Both the position numbers and the translations under genes were made by a program. From contig JAOAJH010000003.1 of assembly GCA_026414305.1 (NCBI GenBank), positions 64,994-128,993 of the forward strand: 64,000 bases of DNA. The letters run 5' to 3'. The notes beneath the pieces are model-generated. The model was not told the DNA's origin. It saw only the letters and a list, made by a program, of their open reading frames with translations, and did no database searches. This DNA comes from Candidatus Aenigmatarchaeota archaeon (GTDB lineage: Archaea > Aenigmatarchaeota > Aenigmatarchaeia > CG10238-14). Below are positions 46,701-49,437 of this stretch, in pieces (within the stretch, counting starts at the first letter, position 1; each line of letters begins with the position of its first letter).

Positions 46701-49437
46701 TTGAATCCTTTATATCAATGCTTATGTTAGCTTGCTTTGCAGATGAATTGTAATTTGCTAATGGTACTACTATTCTTGCTAAATGACCTCTTGAAATTAC
46801 ATCTGTAGGCTCGCCTGTAGGGCCAAATATTTTTATCGGTCTTACAAGATTTATGTTTTGACAATCAATTATGTATGCGTAAAATTCATTTGTATCAAAC
46901 ATTGGTCCTTGTGTTCTTGTTTTTGGCAAAACTCTTAGTTTTGTTAAACCCAAAGATGCTGTCCTATTAATTGTAATGTTCCATCTGAAATGTTCACCCC
47001 ACTCACATTTATCACCATTAGTTGTTCCAAAATCAGAAGTACATGTATCTGTTTGACCAACACCACTTCCTGTGACTGGGTTGCTATCACCAGTCATTAA
47101 AAAGAATCCTGCTACACCATTTGATGTTATTGGTTTCCAAGAACCGTCATATACTTGAAATTCCCATTGCTGAGATATGCCAGCATCGTCATCTGCTTCA
47201 TCTGTTAATAAAACATTAAATGAATAATTTTCATGATTTCTACACATAACAACAGGGTCTCTATATTGGTCAAAGCTGTTGAATACTACATGCTGGACAG
47301 CATCAGTTACGTTGCTTGTTCTATAGTAATAAGGCATAAATTTGAAGAAATAATAAACAACATCAACCACAATAAATGTCCATGGTTTTGATTCTTCATA
47401 AACAAGCGAACCATTATAATAAACTGTTAATGGACCTGCCAAATATATAGCAGGGTCAACATCTGGTGTTGTAAAGCTGTATTTTAATGTTTTTTCGTCG
47501 CCGTAGTTCAAGCTGTTAAAACTCCATATGATCCAAGTTTCGTTTTCTTTTCTTTCTATTCTTGCGCCATACACTGTTATTTCTAAAAAGCTGTTAGGTA
47601 GTTTTTCTATAAATGTAACATTGCTTGCATTCACATAAGACTTTATTTTTAATTCAGCTGTGTTTGGATGACCTATATCTATTAATGTCTTCATCTTTCT
47701 TTGTATATCAAATTCAACGTAATCTCTTGATTCAAAGAATGTTTGATAATCAACTGAAAAGTTTGAACCATATGCTGATACTTCTATTGAATAATATCCA
47801 GTTTCATTTACATCATAAAGTAGTGTTAAACTTCCGTCAAATTCATCAGTTGAAAAATCTCCATTATAGCTGTTGAATGTTGTTATTTGTCCTGATGGAG
47901 ACAATATATTCATGATGACAGTTGCATCATACGCTCTTTTGCCTTCATTGTTCAAAACACCAACTGTTATCTTTGCCTTGTCATTTTTCAAGTAAATGCT
48001 CTTGTCTGTATTGACATTTATCAAACCGACAGCAAACTCTATCTCCTCTTCAACTATAACTTCACCTGGGTTGGGACTAACATAGCTGAATCTAACTTTT
48101 AGTTTGTGAATACCAGGCTTGAAGTCTCTTTCTGTATCAAGTTCTATATAGAATTTTCCTGGGTTCTCGTTATCTGCTATAACGCTTAATTCTGTTATAT
48201 TACCTTCAGGGTCTATAGAATATGCAGAAACATTAACATCTGGATAAAGCATTCCATCTTCATCAATAGCTTCTATCTCAAACCTTATTTTTTCTCCAAG
48301 ATCATAATTGAATTTTTCTTGTTTAATTTTTGGTTTCACAACCTTGTGTTTCAAAACATCAAAAACTATTATTTCAGTTGTGTTTCCATATTCTGTTTCT
48401 GCTTTTATTTCAGCTGTGTATTTACCATAATTTTTTGGTAGCAAAGTTAAGTTGAAAACAAAATCCCCTTCTGTATAAACTTCCCTTTGCGCAACAATAT
48501 CGCTTTTTGCATCCTTCAAGACAAGTTTCACATTCCCATTTGTTTTGCTATCGCCATAAATTAAACTTCCATTCACAAGTATTGACTTGAATTTTGTTTC
48601 TCCTATGTTTTCTGAATGTCCATCTACTTTTATCCTTATCTTGCTTGTTTTATACTCAAAAGTTGTTGTGTTTACTAATCCAATGAAATTTACTTTTACT
48701 GTATATTGACCGTCAGAATAAACAGAAATATTATCTTCATAATATCCGTCAGAATAAACATAATTTTCATAAACAGCAGAATCATTATAAATTACTGTTA
48801 TTTGGACAGTGCCGTTAACTGATGTATAGCCGTAAATTCTGACTGTATCGTTTTGTTTATATATTGATTTATCAGTAAAAACAGTCAAGAAATTTTGTTG
48901 TGGTGCATCGGTGTAATTTGCTTTTATTTCGAGCGAAGACGGATTTAAAAACAAGGAATTGTTGCCTTTGTAGACTATCGAGATGTTTGAATTTTGCTGA
49001 ATATATATTTCACCAAGATCATTTGTGTATAGTTTTTCAAAAACGCCATTTGAATATACTTCCAACTCTTGATTTGGCACAAAAGAGCCGTTGTCCATTC
49101 TTAGTGTTGCCTTTTCATCATCAACTGAAATAAAAGTATCAGCCCATATTTCTATCGATGCTTCTTGCTCTATATTGTTGTCTGAAACAGATGAAAACAT
49201 ACCTGTTATTGGAGAGTTTAATGTAGAGTTTGTTGCTATTACAGCAGCAGATGTTATTAACAAAATTATGAACGATGTGAGCAATTGAGTTTGGCCTGAC
49301 TCTGATTTTTTACTCAAATGTAAAAAAACTGCATATATAAAAGCTATCAGTAAACTTGCATATAACGGCAAAATTATGAATAGAGGAAGCATGACAATTG
49401 GTAATGCTGCTGAAAGTGTTGCTTGGCTCTTACTCAT
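15691..49437 (-). CDS. Giant (11,248 aa) repetitive surface protein with C-terminal TM helix and HerA/FtsK-like (DUF87-type) ATPase
   Basis: Uninterrupted 33,747-nt ORF with GGTGA RBS. N-terminal hydrophobic segments, beta-rich repeats, CGDxxCD..GE...CPxDC motif, Gly/Pro linker, TM, Walker A GGTGSGKT, Walker B LMVYDEVH, REFRKWG..SQ. Confidence 0.93.
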   Translation of the reverse strand: MSKSQATLSAALPIVMLPLFIILPLYASLLIAFIYAVFLHLSKKSESGQTQLLTSFIILLITSAAVIATNSTLNSPITGMFSSVSDNNIEQEASIEIWADTFISVDDEKATLRMDNGSFVPNQELEVYSNGVFEKLYTNDLGEIYIQQNSNISIVYKGNNSLFLNPSSLEIKANYTDAPQQNFLTVFTDKSIYKQNDTVRIYGYTSVNGTVQITVIYNDSAVYENYVYSDGYYEDNISVYSDGQYTVKVNFIGLVNTTTFEYKTSKIRIKVDGHSENIGETKFKSILVNGSLIYGDSKTNGNVKLVLKDAKSDIVAQREVYTEGDFVFNLTLLPKNYGKYTAEIKAETEYGNTTEIIVFDVLKHKVVKPKIKQEKFNYDLGEKIRFEIEAIDEDGMLYPDVNVSAYSIDPEGNITELSVIADNENPGKFYIELDTERDFKPGIHKLKVRFSYVSPNPGEVIVEEEIEFAVGLINVNTDKSIYLKNDKAKITVGVLNNEGKRAYDATVIMNILSPSGQITTFNSYNGDFSTDEFDGSLTLLYDVNETGYYSIEVSAYGSNFSVDYQTFFESRDYVEFDIQRKMKTLIDIGHPNTAELKIKSYVNASNVTFIEKLPNSFLEITVYGARIERKENETWIIWSFNSLNYGDEKTLKYSFTTPDVDPAIYLAGPLTVYYNGSLVYEESKPWTFIVVDVVYYFFKFMPYYYRTSNVTDAVQHVVFNSFDQYRDPVVMCRNHENYSFNVLLTDEADDDAGISQQWEFQVYDGSWKPITSNGVAGFFLMTGDSNPVTGSGVGQTDTCTSDFGTTNGDKCEWGEHFRWNITINRTASLGLTKLRVLPKTRTQGPMFDTNEFYAYIIDCQNINLVRPIKIFGPTGEPTDVISRGHLARIVVPLANYNSSAKQANISIDIKDSSGNSVDWFVEEGKTQSISLSGTSSRPNWSERRVVYTIYVPDNIQATTYTAYVNISYNQTTVQHTKTFTVYTDEGGTSNDIVLFTSTPRKLGANCEDTGGQTTNCGTGHASVCADADGQPCFKNFRQIYVCNYGDYNLTVNVTDFTAGSNVYFITETDGPPAVPQPDYNATGEVRWYNVRINTSSCFMADIPYRPTDDTGEETFILQAEWIDPITREPQMVTNQHVSLISALTGTQSPTITTTLNKTSVYPNEQLALRAIAKLGGSEGFTSIDGAATQTVVHYVELYIPPGFQRPTNFRIVDNNGATVRATSPDPGYPIGSPEEGWIVKFSPYSVGGTVIRFAAAATASVGNLNHYVDFTTTVLPENNITPGGKVFYTNYVGWMRQNKDYLFKTDRNVVNVLSPFIKTVRYYNTTSSNEEEGFPTSNMCQPFSVKLQVFNKGNLPATNFNVTENKYNQTVTHWNDLQFSNFNPSANVYSSNNIIWGNNNINFIPTGKDNSRNYTYLITVPYQTNGTFVFKALTRNVTYLFYDKNYTSLISCGASLIVSEPVIKKGELTNPPIYSGDSFNISSSIYNDGPGSATNVIVLINYTANFNVRNSTNHQNNITYLGNISSKETKQAHTDYYYTVNTTGVIPGTYRFCIIANATENSTRAASCRDVQIQSPPAVIELENPIVISKETGSSSGSWGYNFTFNISVRVSNSDTNVNVCSYFSKTGSEPWLQVGNCQNYNAPGPTTGPWRNYTYEFDPGCNDIGSPVFVKFNATNDAGTTNSTQSLFTITKDKIIFENIIGNNTETRRGKTSTLLALRTRDLNGTLVNNLPLVFYVTLDGSIYDAGYTTSTNASAYANYYFQAICSPKYQVGLQKWRAVLSNNDCYQDNNTETSFGLAVNVTGDIILSFVRPDESSNFTQEQEIPFLGATSDDCNDPLTPTVRYFINKSSTSIECTDISQVGSNAFTCELPTTINTPMGWYNASMYAVRDQHYTNYTNNLGNPGLFYLYPIKKLLQPYAYPTTEGWGYRNWNFSINVSSGDSENVLNASIYMAQFWPPITLCPSNICLNQTPLECDNCIGSTKYWYRNFTAFDQGTWYYQFKLDGTQTEQVLSVTVEKDDTNITYGGEGNLTTLIKDVQPQYLSARVYDLDRQTYNVTSPSATVTFKIFNSGYPEGYIILGTALTNETGYARFLFNITSCYGFYEGTQLWTAEINSSEQYYKPSQMGNGTITIQLPGCQPQIDAEEVLTPKEVFAGRNFTVNATITAWVASAENVFVTLRAPSGWQVDQSTKSLGTVNVGQHYRVSWQVNSTSYGEQNFTVYVNSTNANNETIYSNKLVSYKPATPSVTETLPTIIQPLQSKTFSWPCESGDYRIANLTASWNGTETKTKLYSYNGTTWIEIAERYLNSTSTEFIPILQNQLNSNETGYCVVKIENIGDNYININQLQFTPYYNQTVKVQDINITSSSMQLTGIEPNEKINVTVRVGNSGQSQTGVLWLNITGPSGVVNYSSQNVNIPTGTSLFFVNNIDTTGWQQGTYSIRAYVDYGNKTKRIEPFELSQIQARVYAYDWICNSSTESFSINIYHPFNDFIQYNVSLQIPTGWSSQPSYVLINATSKGNYTANFSITSSNAASETATINATIKYNYPTAKSMTLSKQIQQSNSIAILEVTREMPKYVGNDKVFDAQLTIHNKGCAPTSGTTVVREDISSGWIPANPFIKTNEYGDNIDLVSTQVDLIRNRITWTLGEIGVNEYAVLTYQIKAPVDLSREGQFRWNISWDSRNLIERDNFKVQTANYSQEAHLEFDLEALQQSDYPWVEPRSAQLNRNYDYSLKVTNIGDINATGWNVTLFIPQDCSVTAIQNSGSWNSTSRKISWSLPEIESYDSTYLNFTLNCSVEGKKVLIAEAVKDERQKITFTNDTLISCVGNDCLTEQTYTFTKPVNARYETLSSISLLTRQELFGYRNTIGHAKISLTNDLNVYSTLWQNYSHDSFTLANWQNYTILDSNYVLPSRQIKIEGYADATDDAYTNITLSKISYTWNVGKKFEEPQEIFIKSKIYKYTPLLENATLYINGNSTRLTGGWGEQFNFSVQIRDRFGRNVTVYAWHKKGAGEYSLIGSWVCYSCLNWNQANFSYDYVGSDISSWDFKFNATNDDGTSTLNGYPYTVEADDINVDFAYPGYNMTVNRSRTSDFVILVYDRDNQTSPYYLTQGEVDEGKGRIYISKFGSNATFDLSPSLSANTTGHITRQMSNVSNQWCFVTDYYLGQNYWRGGIEGAVTYKNNATGIYPFVLVGDLSNSYLTQPSNINFTRGSIVNLDGVIKDDCNDVKTDSAKFGAEYILSHESTQYRVTADLTSTSWSIPTNAPLGWYNITMISFTEGTEEGKYWNSSFFKQNAFFLSSTPQLNNVQIQPYPTGSWELKPFNFSVYVTNVDNESVLTRLWLRNQTDNWFVQNTTTCNNCNNYYFLTQNNFSCYNIGEWQLQFNATSATSFTNLTSTFIFNVTKSDISILHSQGNNTDVNRSDTEPSNQRRLAVQIFNLVTRKYETAISTSDVYTWINTGSQYIEEFELSNTSHYYFDFNPNCTFQSGMQKWKVNTTSSCYSTNTSQEFFVNIYGSLINNLILPDGTVNYTQNDQILLLGEITDDCSQAVTNANVRFKLQSGSNVYYCPVSGYITNSTGNYYLCTWDSTGKPGGFYNVTMESSKDYHINGSDYQQNAFFLVTPVQLSSPQVIYPGDGSWGELHNFTVYATHYAPVNVCLLERTPATQWQVTECKYISNPQNTMVNFTKDYTCDQYQASALRYYAFNASEPGVPATNSNTTEQSHVLVKNDIVISYSSGHDSIVNRNGINSTKFVLFVNDTDKNQPAYYLLGASAKPQVWFRVFNGTSYLVDGSNTTNTTGYVEYNFNPSCSYEPGKFNWQGYTSSDSCYKDSTAQEYNVTIIADLTPNVTYPDGETYFRNLLLYIPINGTVTDECNLRYNENATVTFTAISVGFGNSYQCSPVSNNNDGSYNCTLNATEIQEGWYNIRMNATNVQYYNNATVLATNKFRVVQQWVPPVLENVTVLPEQDWGWGENFTFIVNVSDQNAQDINVSLWLSPDNQTWQFISSQICYNCGSKQQLTFYYKGLDCSAIPQYYFKFNASDVYNKTDTGGISFTVNKNDVDARYIDLSTGNNSAVNRSEYKQLRLRVYDTDNKSYVPAGLNARIFVTTNYVDFDLGNANQTDSQGYISYYFSPNCSYQPGLQQWKGGIYNDACYKDSNITSQLNITIFGWLNNTISSPNGQVYYSNQNVSIKTNITDECLIPITNANITLKLNHSNFVDYCIDYSFGNGWYNCTWNISNNPSGWYSITMNSSKNYYNNASLFKSQSFFHQVNPQLTSLFVSPNSTWWGSTFSFRVNVTDDDDYVNVSLWVRCIGGNITPNGCDPSSQFQLANSSIVYDYINQQLVLTKKYPDGVNIGNYEWFINASDLYNGSASSSIYTFNVTKRPVYITYVSGNDTSVSRLGSNTTQVRVRLFRVGVDGGADEPLNGLSVNFWFTQNGNVWSTTPRSNTTGQSGPGYAEFSFNPTCPATDGGIDFFRTGMQWWNATFSSSTEPGIYYYANTSSNFTLFINSSLNVLITRPSGEYYPVGYNVFTVANVSDECEYVQGASVQISVAGEGISCSNNTGSPDGQYSCTLITSVLGTGDYNQTADASKAFYTSASTFKENAFRIRYSPQLNNHQVYPTTEGWGYNFTFNVSAQDSDPGDYLNISLWKSYGGEWIKVSQQNCESCLSQQTFFFYPIFSCEDYVNGPIVRFKFNTSDSYGLKAETSNFTINFEKDDVIFTIVQGNGAIINRSNLNTGNVYNFIVIVNDTDRRNVTVNSSEEPTSQITGYLWFSTEPMNPTFDAGWSNTTVNGSLSYLFNPNCNYRVGLQYWRAGIIGNTCYKDSNMTAPYPSMNIYGQLNTLLYRPPQYTQFNVTDNVTFKYSTYSDCYLQGAEDNGNISVDSSQLTINNTFSCTPINQESTGNYNCTWDTTNKAQGNYTVNITVQKSYYNYNSTLYVDWFYLRNRQPNVTNMSVTPQVSGWGDTYTYTAEIFDEENDTVTCSLYTNTTGTWIYKGSNTITAPGNCSIVVNDFNCNEQGLASFRFEINDTFTRFNTSVSNGPTIVKDNVQLVYILGNNSFVNRTADQTTLFVINATDITKNVKASNANATIWITTDGSFYGSSFNIQTNSTGYLNFYFNPNCSSPSYTLGRQFWLAGITNDACYNSINTTTNFTVNILGDLQLFINAPKGEKYLRTSYPDGEYVYIRANISDDCQLPITNAAVNFTSNRFSQNIYCNPIINELNSNYNCTIDTSSYQAGAWNVTMNASLANYNNNYTIHVYQANQRGYWVETKPVIEPYLPLTPVPAGDGGWGEYWLFATNVTDEDMDVLTLRLWVNSTVDPEIWTFRASNNTVSGVNQTVYFNVTFTSTFANKAFKFKYNVTENTVDFIQNVNETGNGTFYLDKDDTFVQYIEGNNTVVNRSSPLSVSNFTMTVRLWDADKYDTTLGNRRIRFLMTNDNNENYTIVSPPALRTNGTGEQPSSAGWGYATNYSKPDCKFTVGPQKWKAEIYDETPYKSSNSSVSFFTIIAQPLQARVISPKNQTALKGIDNVVIKVNLTDDCGLVRNANVTIRAIDASGVVRGICNPNDPFNPTLDEGNGIYNCTLSASQIFSEDWPTGWYNVSVNASKQYYESSPVYIEHRSFRIGTAPELSNIVVLSQQGSNVGGWGELWSFSVDLIDPDNDNSTVYLWMNLDGNWVLFNQTYWRNGIDPSTITFYNTFNCTQASDLGLKLFKFNVSDDFGFKDEINSTFTLQEDDTEIFISSTTGYELNREGLDQILLSALVTDLDRYSTPVGQDVSTRIRVTYNSSDPNSWNDFNLQTNSSGYINYYLDPDCTYSVGIQQWRAQVYNDVCYKTTTEQDSFIIKGSIYNNLELPDYLSSYPTGSVIEIKYNTTSDCTYTRSDEAPLINVTPTIELSLNGASWETCSPVNSTYGVYNCSWNSSFKQPGFWDIKFTSSKQYFNTKQTVFPDWFEIYNANPTNTTIPTVTPTMGGWGDVYNYSVYLTDSDGDPITCVLYTSTDDGNTWRRQGQRTIGSSGLCSFVVSNFNCNATYTDVGSDNWFKFEITDGYHTPFNISSEEGPIIERNNITITLLSGNNTIVNRTGNEFTTLRVFVNDTTKAWPVGNGTSGNATVYFNVTINGVSYVIDGSNTTLRGNVTYRFNPSCSYNVGDQKWFAYKSGATGGDQCYNDASSSVYNLTIFGNLINNIAIPNGEKYNRDEQNVTIRANVTTDCPSNEGLINNATVNFTIIHIGTSNQYSCTPGSFTNEGNGYYNCSFDTTSKPTQWYNIRMNSSGFQYLTPNNTIKTQAFFVSTRPVLANPTTSPLTGGWGAPHTFSVYVRDDDNDVNNVSLWIRCVGGDCTPTNFWLAKTSLVSASSSPQQVQFVKTDFTALDIGNWEYFFNSTDGLNSANTTIGTFTIDKDTINITLIEGDNVVINRSTTQTVTLRVKVFDVDRNVAISPGEPGTGYFYVTTDPNNANSYVIDKTLSSIEGGSYLTNTFPTLSRCTYGIGPQKWKVEFGSYAYKTTNSSEFSINITTHEIALQIIGPNNQTFRRVIDPIPLIAYASDDCGGLTQATAFFKAYPEYSWTTCNSPTDNLNGTYNCTLYSPPTAGLTYYDLEFNASKQYYNASNTAYKQDSFVLVTNPEITAYAPTTSDSLSPYGWSETWNFTAIVRDVDQNVYNFEKLNISLWIDFGSGYQLINSTICSAIDNPNCASWKAITFLYNKFSCGDIGIKSYKWNVTDQWNYKNETSSTFTIDKSDVAIEFVDQPSSIYRANSTTGRFIYRVLDTDSNSYVINTSTNTAMWITVDGNNYDSGRFVQINSSGYANYDFDPDCNYGYGMQRWIAGVYQDSCYKNKNLSFAPQFEVTAQLRNNIQLPSYNSVYNVTDLIAIRFNTTTECLTEGIIANATPTISLRSPLNVWETCTPVYNEYNGWYNCTWNSTHKKEGYWSITLNSTKTPYFAFNSSMYTNWFWLENLNSTYDNVTLAPGIGGWSRLYNYTIDIDDPEREDINCSLFVSKDNQLTWEYKGSYLLQNGLGKCFVTVHDFSCDDIGKDIYYKWQIVNGEPANAYNTTVYAGPNITESSVQVQLHQGNNTFVNRSFQTKPLVVRVYDTENQTFVYNANTSFWITYDYYNYTLVNQTKTDLLGYVLHSFLPTCMYIPGTQKWIGGVSNDKCYVDINSTEYLVHVNGTLFNNIIQPSSQEFLRGSNITIKVNVSSDCSNEVMNESVTINFTNVKDSTQYLCTPILNENTGLYNCTFNTSTYAARWWNVTAFSVKTLYNFNYTTKSNAFWIETKPELNNPTVTASGDGGWGETYIFTVNFTDEDLDPNTLRLWVNKSSGWTNSNTTTISGINQTVTFIQVNLFSSSDYINSLNNLTKYYFRTQDEVIPTENDIDQTQELNISLQKDDVYINHTYGNSTVVNRTEGSLFFRVRMWDTDRTPWDDLPSGSRGRFWFTKDGSSFTNTIDKFANSSGEIAHLQALECSFQVGPQYWFAELYGNTPYKDTNSSIFNWTIVTVGLTANITNPDGISRLRGIDDIVLRVRVTDDCGGVPNATVVFYVPSESYECNNVYYEGNGYYNCTIPYSTTTTWNTGWHDVTVDVSKQYYNGTFVEKTNAFYLATKPEILLTPPPTATPEQDGGWGENWLFTAITQDLDGDYYNVSLWFNLTGSWQLADSTIVSGPQQVDFPDKTFACENIGQRQFMFKVTDVWGYSNNYTSPFNIDKDDTTIEYVSGAGTQVDREYNDYELIRVQIRDFDRDDYLVGPNINGSVWITTDGVNYILSAINTTDSSSYLSYYFDPNCTYNVGVQKWRAGIYDDVCYKDNNPDFGFTIEITGQLKNYILSPPYNTTFAVGNYVNTTFAVLDECSLPVNQSNGKIEFRSPSGIYESCLPVTSSQNIYNCTWNTTLHQGGYWDIRLNSSKTYYYSNSTLLSQWLYLVNTPPYVENLSVTPTSEGWGRTFTFSLDVDDLQKDNVTCTLLVSTNNGLTWMNKGNSTIYNGYGRCQVNVSTFDCGDIGNDNRYMFEVYDGTNTFNTTNNTNLVIEPNDVQLYYISGNQSYVNRSGSQSTNFVLQVYDLDSNLYPSNVNMSVYVTVDQSNFIENSTPKTSFNGTLNYSFNPSCTFNNLGLQYWKVGANNNICYKNINTTENYTVYIIGDIINKLTGPTGDSYLRGEENVTFALEEIDDCAAPVENANIILNLTSEYGNVYGCEPVTTIGGGIYYCEKNTTGMRARWYNVSVNSSQQYYNSNISLHIRPFFVKTKPIVQNLTITPAQDWGWGERYTFTANVTDEDLDDVVVSLYYKSVVFDDWNQINFTTVSSPLNSTVIMTYQGFTCADQDYQQQFEISALDTRSYLTNSTLIEPWNKTFNLTKDDVILTLESGNGDEVWRNGTDNRRLSVRVYDSDKNTYPGAGYNGMFWVTTNYLSFDIGKQTTTNISSHLNYLFTSEAPQPECDYLTGPQKWIAGVYDDACYKDKNSTNYTITIKSELRPQIDFPYGQGFIRSNPVPFVGRVYDDCGLVSGATSTWTSYIGINEYGCFNKTEANGWYNCTWVSTNRPYGYYDLLFSVTKNYYALNSSFRDDAYFLGTLPSLSNPRILNNHYRGGWGETYDFAVRVTDFDLNINNVSVWKSFDGINWTLVDSRNVSNAVNQDVVFSKKFNCSDMGFNYFYFTTVDQFGYSANTTVMNFTLEYDNVSLVVGLSNSTVRRIGNNLALLNFTIYDYDYGRYAPLASGKVNITLDYTNYSYVMNCTTDSTGQCYVYYNPDCSSLAGVQQWIGKTDDSCYEYVQTVPTQLTVIAQLNTSIQSPYNQQILNRNQYANLTTNVFDECLVAVNDSTVNWYNETFYNIANGYSTTWQIPTFYQLGPETIYVNTSRTYYDKNSNFTNVYIYGWSGVLIENPINASNYLAGFSVNVKCKVTDQNTTSPLQGYTVNFYKNGTFQDSQLTNSEGEAVWLWQTLAETPGWYNITCSISDNNILFYNASKKQDEVQILIKRPLIIQTIQKDAPFVYRNNSFEPNNVNITVKVRDSLVGDANNANITFYNSTALIDYCMTNSSGICTINFNPSDTVTPNVYTIYINATKSGLEDSETNTTTIEVRGKLYLNISSPQNNSFWAKTDNLVLSASVVDESNQPTSSNLRWFNETALVASGENTNWLLLDQTTGNHTLTANATRDYYDKGEQTLIITVSSLADVQWIYPQDGSIMPYPLPFNTVCRVVDSSTGVGIANYLVDFWYNYTPGYIYNGTLLTNASGHATNTFEPIQKGTITFRCNITNDYVKLYTPNIPEALASITVRDTRPPQIYNQSIHPIYGLEANLNYTNISAVVIDDIGVSNVFARIGTPNGTYVNLTLSHMGSNLYSLFYLPPIGGVYNVTIFAVDNPPENNINNTFVGYFYVNGKTDGIVTQPDEIQINGITWVNSESAAITINFTNTGPATAYGVNLTFTADPLNSLIFNETMHQCGIVYNQSSCIFGLLVTVPAATPPSVLKLITDAVWRNPDQSLGIDSEDTNFIIISNKIIDIIEENVTAITPHDKLTDIPDVNVSSIGNDLITDITVTTVGGNISTLCPECQIIIVPNEWGLLEAGANFIVDLKVQVPIAQPPGTYWTYVRASSPETAPDLMPLYITVPLNASWQRSPDSFGIILAPPNTTGYIGDITTTSFANIRIIFNAYKQQNASQLFNIYPSAFSLDNGAVRNVSVNYTIPASYVSAQGMYYAEIIITNTTAMPQEYKTSFWLNVTDIPPIISNVSIIPQTFEMIYENTNISAIITDNFAVSYAFINVTLPNGSSIQQPIQPTGKYYSAVYSTNIHGYHNISICANDTQSLIACTNPIPVLASGKTQINQSFNVSKVDVSNITLFEGKQYVLNVSTNNIGNSRAFNVSVNITSPQNLSTNINNSFYNLILKTQSYSDLVLVNISPATKPGKYMLNFSNSWINLDNTTDESLSQLEFEVLSNPKLNLSSNVTVYVPDGTENNGTLTIQSIGNDDVTNITFSCLSGTVCQDFNISFIPSFISRLNVSEAAYVNISVAVPRQYPLGTYNGTIQVNATNISMNVPIYVIVPMNLSWTQSPLEIYRNVLGDSYGYYGSIELQNTGNTPLLLKVEKTGNISSYLSLAESYITIPIGAVYTIKINYTVPNIAQISNFTGYITTGNTTADQQKSTFVSLHVTPYYVDIKYPTSTNPITGITFGDTISARVNVTFGQVLTDNVTFFVRIFNESFSQAVVVDSAYYSPSQQLWIVNFTAPMLPENRAYDLNITANDTFDNLIRSDVEYRSINYMDSIPPQLTLIVPSKVPAGYVATVNGIAYEEGNLRNVPAIITYPDNRTQQISFIFLYRVNNTYYYQYNITNTTLLGVYTINATACDYSNNCGNASSEFQIYPAALFHGYSKDYEHAAEPITFVNFTLYQPDTTQMLFNITPNMANGYYNVLIDARRYDLQASIFNSTILSRNVEIITDVFNPMIFGDIPSERVSIGTLQGLYIETVLNTTNTSITFDYSDYMSKTICKMNNDCRPAAFFEGSLALFRCDNWVRKTGCLGSWTRLTTTVNSTLHTATAQVTGNISGAYALAPYICGDNTCDHGYGESTFTCPADCPLPPPVTLPPQAAGGAAGGAGGGGGGAGGAGLGQITIPGVPFSIKSTLLFVTLKPGEEEIHSIEITNNEESEMKGEIKVEGFAWEMIMLEESSFTVAPKSTKVIKVKVFALPSNQPGIYTADLVTTIGDKQHRTPITIKVDYGPEPLLDVKVESLTKSVQPGHQAKFQVTVLNMGQTAKVEDIVLNYTLRNLKTEEVITRSQETVAVEDVLTFIKTFDIPEDTPTERYILEVTASYWYGKKVARAATAFDVVYLPAPLIILKALATSWITYAVLLLIAPATIIGYRAYRYYTTMKKIKAKYIFPVDVKKLPQPGPNTVLVGKVAETDINAYTDINKLVMHSLAAGGTGSGKTVSAMATAEELLKRDIPVIVFDPTAQWTGFIRPCKDEEMFKLYPQFGLKREDARGFKTNIIIVKDPHMKLNLKQYMKPGEITVFVMNKLSMADIDTLIRASIQEIFDMNLPESKQLKLLMVYDEVHRLLPKYGGKGGFVALERGAREFRKWGIGLFMISQVLMDFRGAIRANIGTEIQLRTKYEGDINRVKTKYGADYAARITKLTTGTGLVQNPEYNEGKPWFLSFRPLLHDTHRLTDEELAEYDATQQKINEADQRIEKLKARKIDTYDVELELNIAKDKMKQGMFKMAQTYLESVDSRLKALERR
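22750..44650 (-). repeat. 20 diverged ~330-aa (~1 kb) protein repeats inside the giant ORF (2 + 18, separated by a different Ig-like block)
   Basis: GWG/GWS-type anchor motifs at about 44640, 43652, 40481, 39477, 38510, 37511, 36560, 35537, 34523, 33533, 32466, 31481, 30470, 29467, 28471, 27509, 26516, 25568, 24605 and 23620. Most are followed by GN...VNR, F.P.C.Y..G.Q.W, D.C, YNC and GWYN. Confidence 0.9.

Noticed and set aside
16295..49288. Dozens of 60-130 aa ORFs antisense or out of frame within the giant gene
   Set aside because: They are shadow ORFs with no motifs or RBS and are fully explained by the coding strand.
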